Source: a virus
Taxonomy: Duplodnaviria > Caudoviricetes
IMG/VR virus record: IMGVR_UViG_3300044658_000165
Coordinates: 3,622 to 67,621 of that record
DNA length: 64,000 nt
Direction: 5' to 3' (one strand)
Part shown: one piece after another, positions 9,970-18,566 of the stretch
Layout of the letters: every line of letters starts with the position of its first letter
How positions within the stretch are numbered: position 1 is the first letter of the stretch
Made by a program: the position numbers and the translations under genes
The notes under the pieces: model-generated
What the model was told of the DNA's origin: nothing
Seen by the model: only the letters and a program-made list of their open reading frames with translations
Databases searched by the model: none

Positions 9970-10273
9970 TGCTTAAGGTTTAAAATAGTCCCGGCGCTAG
10001 TGGCTGCCGGGACCGGTAATTCGGCGAAACTTTAACCACACATTTCTGTGTGATCATAAAAAGAGCTCCATGCAATTTTGGGTAACTCAGCATGTTAGAG
10101 TTTGCAGGTATTACGTATTGCCTTTAATGACTGATAAAGGCTGCGTCATACCAAAAAGTTAAAAGGAACCAGCCTGGCGAAACAGGCCGGTCGTTGTTGA
10201 TCGTACCCTTTGATATAAGAACTTTAATGGCAGGTTTTAAAAGGAGCCGTACGCGTTGAAACGCCCCGGCTTA

Positions 10274-10434
10274 AACGATTGCTTGCCATATGAAAAAAGT
10301 GGGAAGAACTGGGATCGAACCAGCCGCCTTTGGATTTTCAGTCCAACGCTCTACCTACTGAGCTACCTCCCCGAGAAGTCCCCCGACTTCGTAGATACGA
10401 GGGGGACCCTAACGATTGCTTGCCATATGAAAAA
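10274..10434 (+). repeat. 24-bp perfect direct repeat flanking tRNA-Phe
   Basis: AACGATTGCTTGCCATATGAAAAA at 10274-10297 and 10411-10434, each preceded by a GC hairpin. Confidence 0.9.
10300..10372 (-). tRNA. trnF: tRNA-Phe(GAA)
   Basis: GGGGAGGTAGCTCAGTAGGTAGAGCG TTGGA-CTGAAAA-TCCAA AGGCG GCTGG-TTCGATC-CCAGT TCTTCCC A; canonical cloverleaf. Confidence 0.95.
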
Positions 10435-10732
10435 GAGGTTGTTGTTATAGAGGCTTAGCCTGGAGTACCATACTTTTTTAGGCATCGCACCTTCCATCAA
10501 TCACACCATTGCCAATGATACAATTGATGTTTTAGCTGTTCAACCATAACAACAATAACTTCAAAGAACTTTTTAAAAAGCTGGGCAGGAGGACCGATCA
10601 ACCTACCCAGCGGAATCACTACTAACAAAAAACTACATGCATGAAAAAGAACCGTACTCTGAAAACTTTTTTTTTAAAGCCCCCTGTAGAAACAGGGCGC
10701 CTCCTTGGTTAAGGCCTGATTTGTAGCGTATA

Positions 10733-10828
10733 TTACAATTCGTTCATAGCCCGGTCCACTCGTCTATCGCTTCTGTGCCATAGCCATAGCATAGCTACCA
10801 CTGTAATAACTACCGGCATTGAATCCAT
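10733..10828 (-). CDS. small hydrophobic peptide (31 aa)
   Basis: MDSMPVVITVVAMLWLWHRSDRRVDRAMNEL; 3' part of the listed 76 aa ORF. Confidence 0.4.
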   Translation of the reverse strand: MDSMPVVITVVAMLWLWHRSDRRVDRAMNEL

Positions 10829-10935
10829 TCGTTGAAATGATAAACCGTATACCGGAATATGCCAACAAGGGCAACTGTAACTGCGATTGATATACTTATT
10901 ACAATCATGGTTAAAGATTGAAGGGTTATTGCCAT
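10810..10935 (-). CDS. small single-TM peptide (41 aa)
   Basis: MAITLQSLTMIVISISIAVTVALVGIFRYTVYHFNEWIQCR; start overlaps the upstream stop. Confidence 0.5.
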   Translation of the reverse strand: MAITLQSLTMIVISISIAVTVALVGIFRYTVYHFNEWIQCR

Positions 10936-11153
10936 TTAATATTATAACCTGATTCAATTGCACGCCTCATTCCGATCGGTCGCATTATCCAGAAGTACGG
11001 ATAATTGAATAGATCCTCCAATCTTATACGGGCACGACAATAATTAAACAGGTAAGACTTGTAGGCTATCTTATCCATAATAGAAAGCGATCGATACCAG
11101 GAAAAGAATTTTTCCCTATCACTTATTTTCATCTTTTTCTTCCTGCTTCCCAT
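10926..11153 (-). CDS. hypothetical basic protein
   Basis: 75 aa ORF downstream of a hairpin, operon orientation. Confidence 0.6.
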   Translation of the reverse strand: MGSRKKKMKISDREKFFSWYRSLSIMDKIAYKSYLFNYCRARIRLEDLFNYPYFWIMRPIGMRRAIESGYNIKWQ

Positions 11154-11239
11154 ATATTGAAATAAGAGTTTTAAAAAGTGCGGCCGGTGGTACGGATCTC
11201 TACCTGGCGGCCGCTATCCTGAAAAACCGACCAATTGAA

Positions 11240-11533
11240 TTATATGTGAGGCGCCAATGCGCTCAATAATATCTCTGAAACGTGTTTGTTACCTTCAAAA
11301 AATTCCTTCCTCTTCTTCACAGCCGCCTCTATTTCTGCGCGGATCTCCTGCATAAGTGAGGGACCAGCCTGCATATGCAGCAGGCACTTCTCACTGAAAC
11401 CAACATCCTCTATTATAACCTGGTCCTCTTTTACTGAGTAGATTACACGGGCAATGAAAGGACGAATAATTTTACAGGCTGGGAAATACTTAGCCGGTAT
11501 GGTGAAGGCATGCAACTGTGATTTGTCTTTCAT
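11240..11533 (-). CDS. hypothetical protein
   Basis: ATGA-type overlap with the upstream ORF. Confidence 0.7.
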   Translation of the reverse strand: MKDKSQLHAFTIPAKYFPACKIIRPFIARVIYSVKEDQVIIEDVGFSEKCLLHMQAGPSLMQEIRAEIEAAVKKRKEFFEGNKHVSEILLSALAPHI

Positions 11534-11913
11534 GGCTGCATATTTAAAACTTCATAATAGGCTGCCACAGCCCGTTGCTCACAGTTCGTCAATTCCAGCA
11601 CCTGGTAATATCTTGCGATCGCCTTTTCCTCAACAGAAAGTGGATCAGATTCTACAATTGGATTGGGAACTATTGCTTCCTGTTCGGTAGCATTGATATC
11701 ATCAGCATCGGCTTCAGGAAGGATAGCGAAACAGTCAACTTGAAAACCAGTAGGTAAATGGAATTCCTCAAAATCATAAACATCATGATTACCACAGGCG
11801 CAAGGCCGCTGTGCTTTTACGGTGCATTCATCCCCAACTTCGGGAATTTTACCACCATATATGCCGGCAACAATTAGCCATGCTAATGGGCTTTCAACGC
11901 ACATTACTTTCAT
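11530..11913 (-). CDS. hypothetical protein
   Basis: 127 aa, Cys/acidic-rich, operon orientation. Confidence 0.7.
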   Translation of the reverse strand: MKVMCVESPLAWLIVAGIYGGKIPEVGDECTVKAQRPCACGNHDVYDFEEFHLPTGFQVDCFAILPEADADDINATEQEAIVPNPIVESDPLSVEEKAIARYYQVLELTNCEQRAVAAYYEVLNMQP

Positions 11914-11918
11914 GATGG

Positions 11919-11999
11919 TTATCGATTTAAGAGGTTCATAATTCGTTTACAGGCTTTAATCGCCTCAGCGGCTGTCATCGGTAAGCACGGATGTTTCAT
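11919..11999 (-). CDS. small peptide (26 aa)
   Basis: MKHPCLPMTAAEAIKACKRIMNLLNR fills the gap between genes. Confidence 0.35.
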   Translation of the reverse strand: MKHPCLPMTAAEAIKACKRIMNLLNR

Positions 12000-12028
12000 A
12001 GTGAAAGGGTTTTGCGGTTTTTCAGTAA

Positions 12029-12193
12029 TTAGTTAATCTCTACTGCTTTCGATGCCGTAACCTGTCCTACCAGGTTGTTAGCGTCTGTCACTTTATCGAT
12101 GGCTTGTTCACTATTGAATGCGAGGATCACTGAGCTTACTACACGTGTGTCGGAGCCGACACAATACTTAAGAGTTACGCGATACGATTTCAT
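12029..12193 (-). CDS. hypothetical protein (54 aa)
   Basis: MKSYRVTLKYCVGSDTRVVSSVILAFNSEQAIDKV... Confidence 0.6.
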   Translation of the reverse strand: MKSYRVTLKYCVGSDTRVVSSVILAFNSEQAIDKVTDANNLVGQVTASKAVEIN

Positions 12194-12208
12194 ATAGACG
12201 GATTTTGA

Positions 12209-12457
12209 TTATGATGCCTGTTTCCTTTTGATAAACTGTTCGGGTATGCTTTCGAGCTTGTATAACCAACCACCGCCTGGACTTGCTTTATACTCCACTA
12301 TCTTATTTTCCCGTGCCTGGCGAAGCTCCTCCCTGTTCCAACCGGTGAGCTTAGTAACCCAGCCCGGCGGCAACCAAGTATCTTTCCGGTTAGCTGCTGC
12401 CATCGCATTCAGCTTTTTATCGATCCTGTCCAGTCTTGCTTCAAGTTCGCGGTCCAT
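12209..12457 (-). CDS. excisionase-like winged-HTH protein
   Basis: WLPPGWVTKLTGWNREELRQARENK resembles MerR/Xis HTH; first gene after cro. Confidence 0.55.
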   Translation of the reverse strand: MDRELEARLDRIDKKLNAMAAANRKDTWLPPGWVTKLTGWNREELRQARENKIVEYKASPGGGWLYKLESIPEQFIKRKQAS

Positions 12458-12534
12458 TGGAATTGGTTTGGTTGGGTTCTGACCGGATGCCGGTATTGAC
12501 AAATTCAAAAAAATGTTTATTCTTTGTGGGACCG

Positions 12535-12756
12535 TTACTTCACAGAAACCGCCTCGCCTTCCTCCAGTATCTCAGAATCAGATAATCCGGTCTCCTCTTT
12601 AATGATATTAGTAGCGGAAGGAGCAGTCAAACGCACTTCGCCCTCCTTAATCCATCTCTTTATAGTGAAAACCGAACAATCAAACTCCAATGCCAACAGG
12701 TTTTGAAGCCTTGTACTTCCATTAATCGCTCCCTTTGCCTTGTCCGTGAGTTTCAT
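12535..12756 (-). CDS. cro: Cro-like repressor
   Basis: 73 aa from the ATG at 12756; LQNLLALEFDCSVFTIKRWI HTH; divergent from the cI-like gene. Confidence 0.75.
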   Translation of the reverse strand: MKLTDKAKGAINGSTRLQNLLALEFDCSVFTIKRWIKEGEVRLTAPSATNIIKEETGLSDSEILEEGEAVSVK

Positions 12757-12863
12757 ACTTAGTATATTTGATAAGCATAATTGCAATACAATATTACTTT
12801 GCAAAATGCAATATTCAAAATAAAATGCAATCTTTTTTTGCAAAATGCAAACTTTTTTAATTT
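12757..12863. promoter_or_regulatory. genetic switch: divergent promoters and operators
   Basis: Palindrome TTGCA-AAA-TGCAA at 12799-12811 and 12838-12850; partial AAAATGCAAT at 12822; plus-strand TATATTTG at 12763-12770. Confidence 0.8.
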
Positions 12864-13538
12864 GTGAAATCTCAACCTGAAAAGACTGAAAAAATTTCAA
12901 TAACTGAGGTAGATTCTTTGATAGATTCTATCATAAAGGCTAATCCAGAGCTTACTGAAGAAATAATATGCTTGGAATTAGAGTACAATGGAGGTTATAT
13001 ATCACAGCTCCGCAGTCGTGAAAAAGCAACTGGAGAGCCTCAAGTATCTACAAAATTTTACAACCAACTGAAAGCCTTTAGATTGCAAAATGCAAACTAT
13101 AAAGATAAAGGCACAGACCTTTCATTAGAGGAATCTACCATTGAATATGGTATAAAAGGGAAATTGGACTATATAAAAGCCTTGTTGGAAGAAAAGGATC
13201 GAGCAATAAAGAAAGCAGAGGCACACTACGAAGATGCAAAGGTTGACAAAGAAAGGCTTTTTGCAGCTCTAAATAAACTGCAACACACGTTTGATATTAC
13301 TTTAAAAGAAATATCAAATAATTTAAAAGAGGCCGCAACTAATTTCGCTCACAATAGACAGGATCTTGCTCAGTTAAAAGATCAGATTTATATAGTATCA
13401 GATCAGCTTGAGCATCAACGGGAAGCTTTGAACTTAGGATTACCGGGAGATAAGCCCCAGAAGGTATCCTTCGTAAAAAAGGGCAAAGCTTCACACGGTC
13501 AACAACAGGATGGTGGGAAAAAGAACAAAGATCATTAG
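12864..13538 (+). CDS. cI: CI-like repressor (HTH plus coiled coil, no S24 peptidase seen)
   Basis: GTG start, divergent from cro; TEEIICLELEYNGGYISQLRSR HTH-like; LLEEKDRAI coiled coil. Confidence 0.6.
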   Translation: MKSQPEKTEKISITEVDSLIDSIIKANPELTEEIICLELEYNGGYISQLRSREKATGEPQVSTKFYNQLKAFRLQNANYKDKGTDLSLEESTIEYGIKGKLDYIKALLEEKDRAIKKAEAHYEDAKVDKERLFAALNKLQHTFDITLKEISNNLKEAATNFAHNRQDLAQLKDQIYIVSDQLEHQREALNLGLPGDKPQKVSFVKKGKASHGQQQDGGKKNKDH

Positions 13539-13639
13539 CCATAAGATGACATGTTGAGCAAGTTTTGAGGTTCATGGCAAAGATTCATTAGGGGTTTACA
13601 ACGCCTACCTGGCAGGGATGTGTTTGATGAGATTGAAGC

Positions 13640-13810
13640 AAAAAAATAGCGCGTCTTCGCTACTACCCTCCTGGTACTGGTATACCGCAAGTAAATAGCT
13701 ACACGACGCGCCTTTTCGGCGCCACTATAGCTATTCGTTGCATATGAAATTACCAGTTTCGGAGACGAATAGTATAATAACCAATATTTTGAACCCTTTT
13801 GGGGTTAGAA
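13640..13810 (-). ncRNA. candidate structured small RNA
   Basis: Nested pairings GTCT..AGAC, CTGGTA..TACCAG, ATAGCTA..TAGCTAT, GCGCC-GAAAA-GGCGC; ends in a T run; TATTTTCG promoter-like at 13823-13816. Confidence 0.5.
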
Positions 13811-14086
13811 GACCGCGAAAATAAGGATTTAAAAAATTACGAGGAAGACAAATAATGGTACATATGATCGAAGGTTTTAAGGTTAATAATAAAAGGAATC
13901 TGGGGTTTAATTTGTCGCTTATGGCGTTCCGAAGGTTAGGACAATAAATTTAGTTTTTAATTTATTCAATAAAAAATTAAAATAAGGTTAATTGACCTCG
14001 ATCAATACACGATAATTCACAAAGTCACGACACTGAATTGGGGTTCCCGAAAATGTATATATCATAATAAATAAATAAAGCATACT

Positions 14087-14677
14087 ATGCTTCGCCATTT
14101 ACCCCTCATTGTACTTATAACGTTTATCATTGCATGTAAATCTGATGAGCAAAAGTTTGCAGATGAACAATATGATCAATTCAAATCGCTGATTGCTGAT
14201 GATAGTTTAAATGCTTCCGCAACGAGTTATGCAGCATTTATTGCGGCAAACCACTATGATGATAAAAAGAAAAATGAAGCCCAGAATTGGCTTAATTCCT
14301 ACAAAAAAAATGAGGATGATTATAATGCGAAAAAGAAAATAGAAGAGGAAAAAACTAAAAGCAGGCTTGAAATTATAGGTGGCTATAAGATAGTTGAAGT
14401 AGATTCAAAAACAAAATGTAATCTATATAAAGGCATTTACCGGTTAAACAAAATGGTAATTGATAGCGCGGATCTTGCTTTCCTGGCTAAATATCTGGCC
14501 AATCAATTATTTATAAATGGCCAAAAAGCGGCTGATTGTAGTTACCCAGTAATGAGTCAAGCCTTTATTTATCAACCCACGGCCAAAGAACGGGAAGATT
14601 GGGCATCTATGTGCTCGATAACACCAAGAAATTATGAAGGAGACGTGTTTGTAAAAATGAATATAACCAAACAGTAA
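14087..14677 (+). CDS. lipoprotein (moron, possible superinfection exclusion)
   Basis: Lipoprotein signal MLRHLPLIVLITFIIA-C-KSDEQ; AT-rich. Confidence 0.75.
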   Translation: MLRHLPLIVLITFIIACKSDEQKFADEQYDQFKSLIADDSLNASATSYAAFIAANHYDDKKKNEAQNWLNSYKKNEDDYNAKKKIEEEKTKSRLEIIGGYKIVEVDSKTKCNLYKGIYRLNKMVIDSADLAFLAKYLANQLFINGQKAADCSYPVMSQAFIYQPTAKEREDWASMCSITPRNYEGDVFVKMNITKQ

Positions 14678-15027
14678 TGGCCAAAGAGAAGAAACAGAAG
14701 TACACACCTGGGATTCAAAAACGATTCCTGTCAATAATAGACGAAACAATAAAGGAAGGGAAGTGCGATTCTATATATGAGTTCCTGGAAAGCATAGGGG
14801 AGCATAGAAGCAACTCCACGGCTTATAAAAATGGCACTAGATCTCCAACCCTGGAGCAGCTGGCAACAGCCTGCATGAAATACGGCTATTCTCCCACTTG
14901 GTGCATCCTGGGCGTCGGGAATAAAAAGCTCAATGTAAAAGATGAGAAAACAATAGAGGACCGGGTTAGTGAGCTGGAGGCAACGGTATCCAGTTTAAAG
15001 CTCACTATAAATAGACGGTTTATATAA
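14677..15027 (+). CDS. XRE-family HTH regulator
   Basis: SIYEFLESIGEHRSNSTAYKNGTRSPTLEQL...YSPTWCILGVG pattern. Confidence 0.75.
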   Translation: MAKEKKQKYTPGIQKRFLSIIDETIKEGKCDSIYEFLESIGEHRSNSTAYKNGTRSPTLEQLATACMKYGYSPTWCILGVGNKKLNVKDEKTIEDRVSELEATVSSLKLTINRRFI

Positions 15028-15071
15028 GCATAAGCGAGGTAATACCGGTCCAGATTAAATGCAAATAGATT

Positions 15072-15164
15072 ATGTCCCGCATGCCTTATAAGAGAATCCC
15101 AGTGGCTGGTATTATTTCAGTCATAGTGTATATTTTCATTTGGCTCTGGGTTTGCTGTGGTTAA
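15072..15164 (+). CDS. small hydrophobic peptide (30 aa)
   Basis: MSRMPYKRIPVAGIISVIVYIFIWLWVCCG, followed by a terminator. Confidence 0.5.
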   Translation: MSRMPYKRIPVAGIISVIVYIFIWLWVCCG

Positions 15165-15228
15165 ATGCTAATAGGCCCTGGCCTATAGTGATGCAAAGAA
15201 CCATGGTGAAGCGAAATAATAATTTACA

Positions 15229-15250
15229 GGCCCAGGCAATCGGGCTTTTT
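15229..15250 (+). terminator. intrinsic terminator
   Basis: GCCC-AGGCAATC-GGGC-TTTTT. Confidence 0.55.
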
Positions 15251-15638
15251 ATCTCTACTTAAATATTGCTTATGTCGTATTATCAGGGGCCGAATTGGCT
15301 TGCTTTCCTTATGATTTTAATACTTCTTCTCTGTCTGATTTTCTGTTAACCTAGATTGAAATAAAAGGTATCTTCTACATTTAAAATATCGAGCATCGAG
15401 TATAAATACTTTTCAAATTCAGTATTTTATGAAACTAGCACCGTAAAAACACCTATTTTGCAAAATTTTGTGGTTTAAAGTCTACAATTTTTGTCAGTTT
15501 TCTGCTAACTTGCCACTGTAAAGTTACCAATACCTTGAAACTCCTCTCTTAGTATTTGAATCCCAACCAATTGCGTTTTTATTGCATTTTTCCGATAACA
15601 TTTGCATCAAAATTGCGTTATATAAGTAAAGGCTGAAA

Positions 15639-15908
15639 ATGGAAGACATTAAATCATATAGAGAATGTTTGGAAGTTAGATTTCATGTCCGCCCAATCAA
15701 TTTTTGGAATAGCTTATTTTCATTCTTTACTCAAACTTCCCCATTTGAAGAAGCGGTCGATAATATTCATAAGATGGATATAAAAGAAGCCTTCAAATCA
15801 GACGCCCAACAACTTCACAGAGATTTCCACCATGCATGCAAGAAACAACATTTTGATCTCCTTGGCGTAAACTGTTCCGACAAACAATTGGCTGATGCCT
15901 GTGAGTAG
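15639..15908 (+). CDS. hypothetical protein, upstream partner of DUF2335
   Basis: 89 aa, overlaps the start of the next gene. Confidence 0.7.
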   Translation: MEDIKSYRECLEVRFHVRPINFWNSLFSFFTQTSPFEEAVDNIHKMDIKEAFKSDAQQLHRDFHHACKKQHFDLLGVNCSDKQLADACE

Positions 15909-16368
15909 ACGAAGGTCTAAGCTTAAGAGATCCAAACCCCCAAAATCAACGATTGCTTCCATGAACAAAAGTGGCAAGCTGAAGGTGCGTCGAGATCATA
16001 GGCAGGGCACAGATGAAATTACCGGAGAAGTGTATCAAGGTATCATCCCATCTCCTTCGATGATGAAGGAATATAAAGAGGTTGATCCTGATTTACCCAT
16101 GAGACTGGTGAAAGCTATGGAGGACGAAGCTGCCCATAGAAGAAAAGTAGATACTACAATTATAAACTACAATTATAGGACGAATAGGAATAATATCGTT
16201 TATGGATTCCTTGCATTAATAGCGTTGGGTGTCCTAGCATACCTGTTTATGATCAATGGTCATCCTAATCAAGGTGTCGGAATTGCTGGAAGTATTGGAA
16301 CTGTTATCGGTGTGTTTGTCCTACGTAAGGGGAGACCTGAAAAGAAAAAAGAAAAATCAGATCTATAA
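15895..16368 (+). CDS. DUF2335 membrane protein
   Basis: YQGIIPSPSMMKEYKEVDPDLPMRLV...EDEAAHRR motif plus two C-terminal TM helices. Confidence 0.8.
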   Translation: MPVSRRRSKLKRSKPPKSTIASMNKSGKLKVRRDHRQGTDEITGEVYQGIIPSPSMMKEYKEVDPDLPMRLVKAMEDEAAHRRKVDTTIINYNYRTNRNNIVYGFLALIALGVLAYLFMINGHPNQGVGIAGSIGTVIGVFVLRKGRPEKKKEKSDL

Positions 16369-16378
16369 TGAATTTTTT

Positions 16379-16401
16379 AAGCCCAGTTATGCTGGGCTTT
16401 T
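16379..16401. terminator. bidirectional terminator between convergent genes
   Basis: AAGCCCAG-TTATG-CTGGGCTT with flanking T/A runs. Confidence 0.75.
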
Positions 16402-17646
16402 CTATTTAAAGAATGGTGTTCCCTGCATGTTCTGAGCGTTTTCTTCTGCTGATATTTTCTTATAACGCAATAATGTAGAATGCTTACTTATGCCAGCTAA
16501 TTGCATGATCGTACTATCGGGCTCTTTAAGCCGAATTAATTGTGTGATAAAAAATCGCCGCATGGTGTGACAACTGACCATCTCCCATTTCTTTAAATAG
16601 AAATCTTTGCGCTCTCCACCTTTCGTACAAAAATATAAGTAGGGCACATCAAAGTACTTTATTCTTTCGCAGACCTTTTTAATGTTACGATTGATCTCAT
16701 TCTCATGCATAGAAGGCGGCAGCCCATCCCACTTCTTCATTATATTTCTGACATATTGATTGGTGGGAACTACGACTTTTTTATCTGTCTTCTCCGTGGC
16801 AATTATTATCGAGTCGGGTGTAACATTGATGTCTTTTTTAAGCCTTTTCACATCCGATACCCGCAACCCTACATTCGCACCAGTAACAAACCAATCTCTG
16901 GCAATATCTAAGTTGCGTTCGGGTAATTCGATAGCAGAAATAGCATCCAATTCAGCCTGGGTCAACGCAATGTCGTCCGTTTGTTCCTGGATCACACGAA
17001 AGTCCTCATCCAGGAAACCAATGGTATTATGGAACTGGTACTCCTTGCTTTTCCCTATCTTCATTAACCGCACCAGGTTCTTTATGTGCTGTGCAATATA
17101 ATTCATGCTCCAGTCCTTATCATTACACCACTGAATGAATAACCGGTAGAACTTCATGTCGATAGATCTCCAACTTAAGCCGGCGTCATATTCTTCAATA
17201 CAATTGAGCGATTGGTTATAGTTCTTAATGGTACCGGCACTGTACTTTTTCCCTGTAAGAGGCGTTGTCAGTTTGCCTGATTTCATATCCGCAATAATCA
17301 GCCGGCACTCTTTATAAAACTCGGCCTTATCAGACTTCCTTTTACCTGTCACTTCCTCCACTTTAGCTGACAATTCCCTGCAGGTTAGATGGTTACCAGT
17401 AAACCTGGCATCCCTAATGCGGCCTTCAATAAACTTTTCGAGCCCGGATAATAGTGCGTTTATGCTTTTGTTTTCTGCAGCAGTATCCCGATCCAGCCCC
17501 ATAACTTCTGCCCTCTCCGTTTCCTTGATCCACATAGCCGGCAGGATCTTGACACTCAGGCTTTCTTTAAAGGGGCCATCGGAAAGTTGTTTCTTCAGGA
17601 ATATGTAGGTAGGTTTGTCCGAATTAGGGCGGTCCAGAATGAACAT
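16402..17646 (-). CDS. int: tyrosine integrase (arm-binding, SAM-like and catalytic domains)
   Basis: GLRVSD, KTDK, HTMRR, GISKHSTLLRY catalytic motifs; Bacteroidota-type N-terminus. Confidence 0.95.
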   Translation of the reverse strand: MFILDRPNSDKPTYIFLKKQLSDGPFKESLSVKILPAMWIKETERAEVMGLDRDTAAENKSINALLSGLEKFIEGRIRDARFTGNHLTCRELSAKVEEVTGKRKSDKAEFYKECRLIIADMKSGKLTTPLTGKKYSAGTIKNYNQSLNCIEEYDAGLSWRSIDMKFYRLFIQWCNDKDWSMNYIAQHIKNLVRLMKIGKSKEYQFHNTIGFLDEDFRVIQEQTDDIALTQAELDAISAIELPERNLDIARDWFVTGANVGLRVSDVKRLKKDINVTPDSIIIATEKTDKKVVVPTNQYVRNIMKKWDGLPPSMHENEINRNIKKVCERIKYFDVPYLYFCTKGGERKDFYLKKWEMVSCHTMRRFFITQLIRLKEPDSTIMQLAGISKHSTLLRYKKISAEENAQNMQGTPFFK

Positions 17647-17670
17647 ATGGCTTTTGGGGGGTTATTATAT

Positions 17671-17906
17671 TTTACGGACAATTTACGGACTTTTGCTAAC
17701 TCGATATGCCATTTTTTACCACATTACACCACATTATAAATTCACGCGAAACCCTTACTGGGCCTATGTTTGAATACAATTCCATGATTTGCAACAATAT
17801 ATCAAAAACCGGCAATTGAATCTTGTCCTGGGCACACTAAAATAATTAGGCATTGATAACTAACATGTTACGGTGCCTTTTTTATTTTTACGGGCTATTT
17901 ACGGAC
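17671..17906 (+). other. attP: attP: tRNA-3'-like core flanked by arm-type sites
   Basis: Core TTGAATCTTGTCCTGGGCACA (17816-17836); TTTACGGRC at 17671, 17682, 17887, 17898 (11-bp pitch in both pairs); ACCACATTA twice at 17718 and 17728. Confidence 0.75.
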
Positions 17907-18566
17907 TTCCATTTTATTTTTCGCAAATATCAGTATAACGTATAAATACAAACGCCACCAACTTACAGGTGGCGGTTTTTTAAACACACGCTTTCCAGGG
18001 CAATAAAATAAAGCAGCCACCCATTATGGATTGGCTGCTGAGGTTGCTACATCCCGAAAATTTTAAAAGAATCCCCGGCTAGATAACCAGGGATTGTTTC
18101 AGTGTAATTACGCTGGACCAACCCAGTCATAAATAAATTACCCGCTTGGAATATTTTAAAAGAGCCCCGGTGATCGTACTCCCGGGGCTATATCTAACAA
18201 TTGGAAAAAAGCCTCCCATCCGGGAGGCTCCAGCAAACGGCTGCTGGACATTTTATTTTTCACACGTTCCCATTAATGGTGCTGCGGAATTCACATTTAT
18301 AAGATTAAAAATGTTTTGAATGAGCGCAGTCTTTGAAAAACATATATATTTTTTAATACATATTCTAATAAAAACCTCCCCATGGGGAGGCTGCACTAAT
18401 CAAATACCATCAACCATTAAACCTTATCCTATGAAATATGAAGTTAATCGTTCTTTTCTATACAACAAACTTCTAATATCAAAGTTAGACACTTCTATAT
18501 TAGAAGTTATTTAATTCAATATCAGACCTTTATTGACGTTATCTAAGAATTATTGCATTTCTTTAG

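Noticed and set aside
10274-10434. CRISPR mini-array or type III antitoxin repeats
   Set aside because: Only two copies, the spacer is a tRNA gene, and no cas or toxN gene is present.
11530-11913. ASCH domain (N-terminus MKVMCVESPLAWLIVAG)
   Set aside because: Lacks the following K..E.R and G-I-H motifs.
12535-12900. 121-aa version of cro
   Set aside because: The extension runs through the operators and the cI start; the ATG at 12756 gives a typical Cro size.
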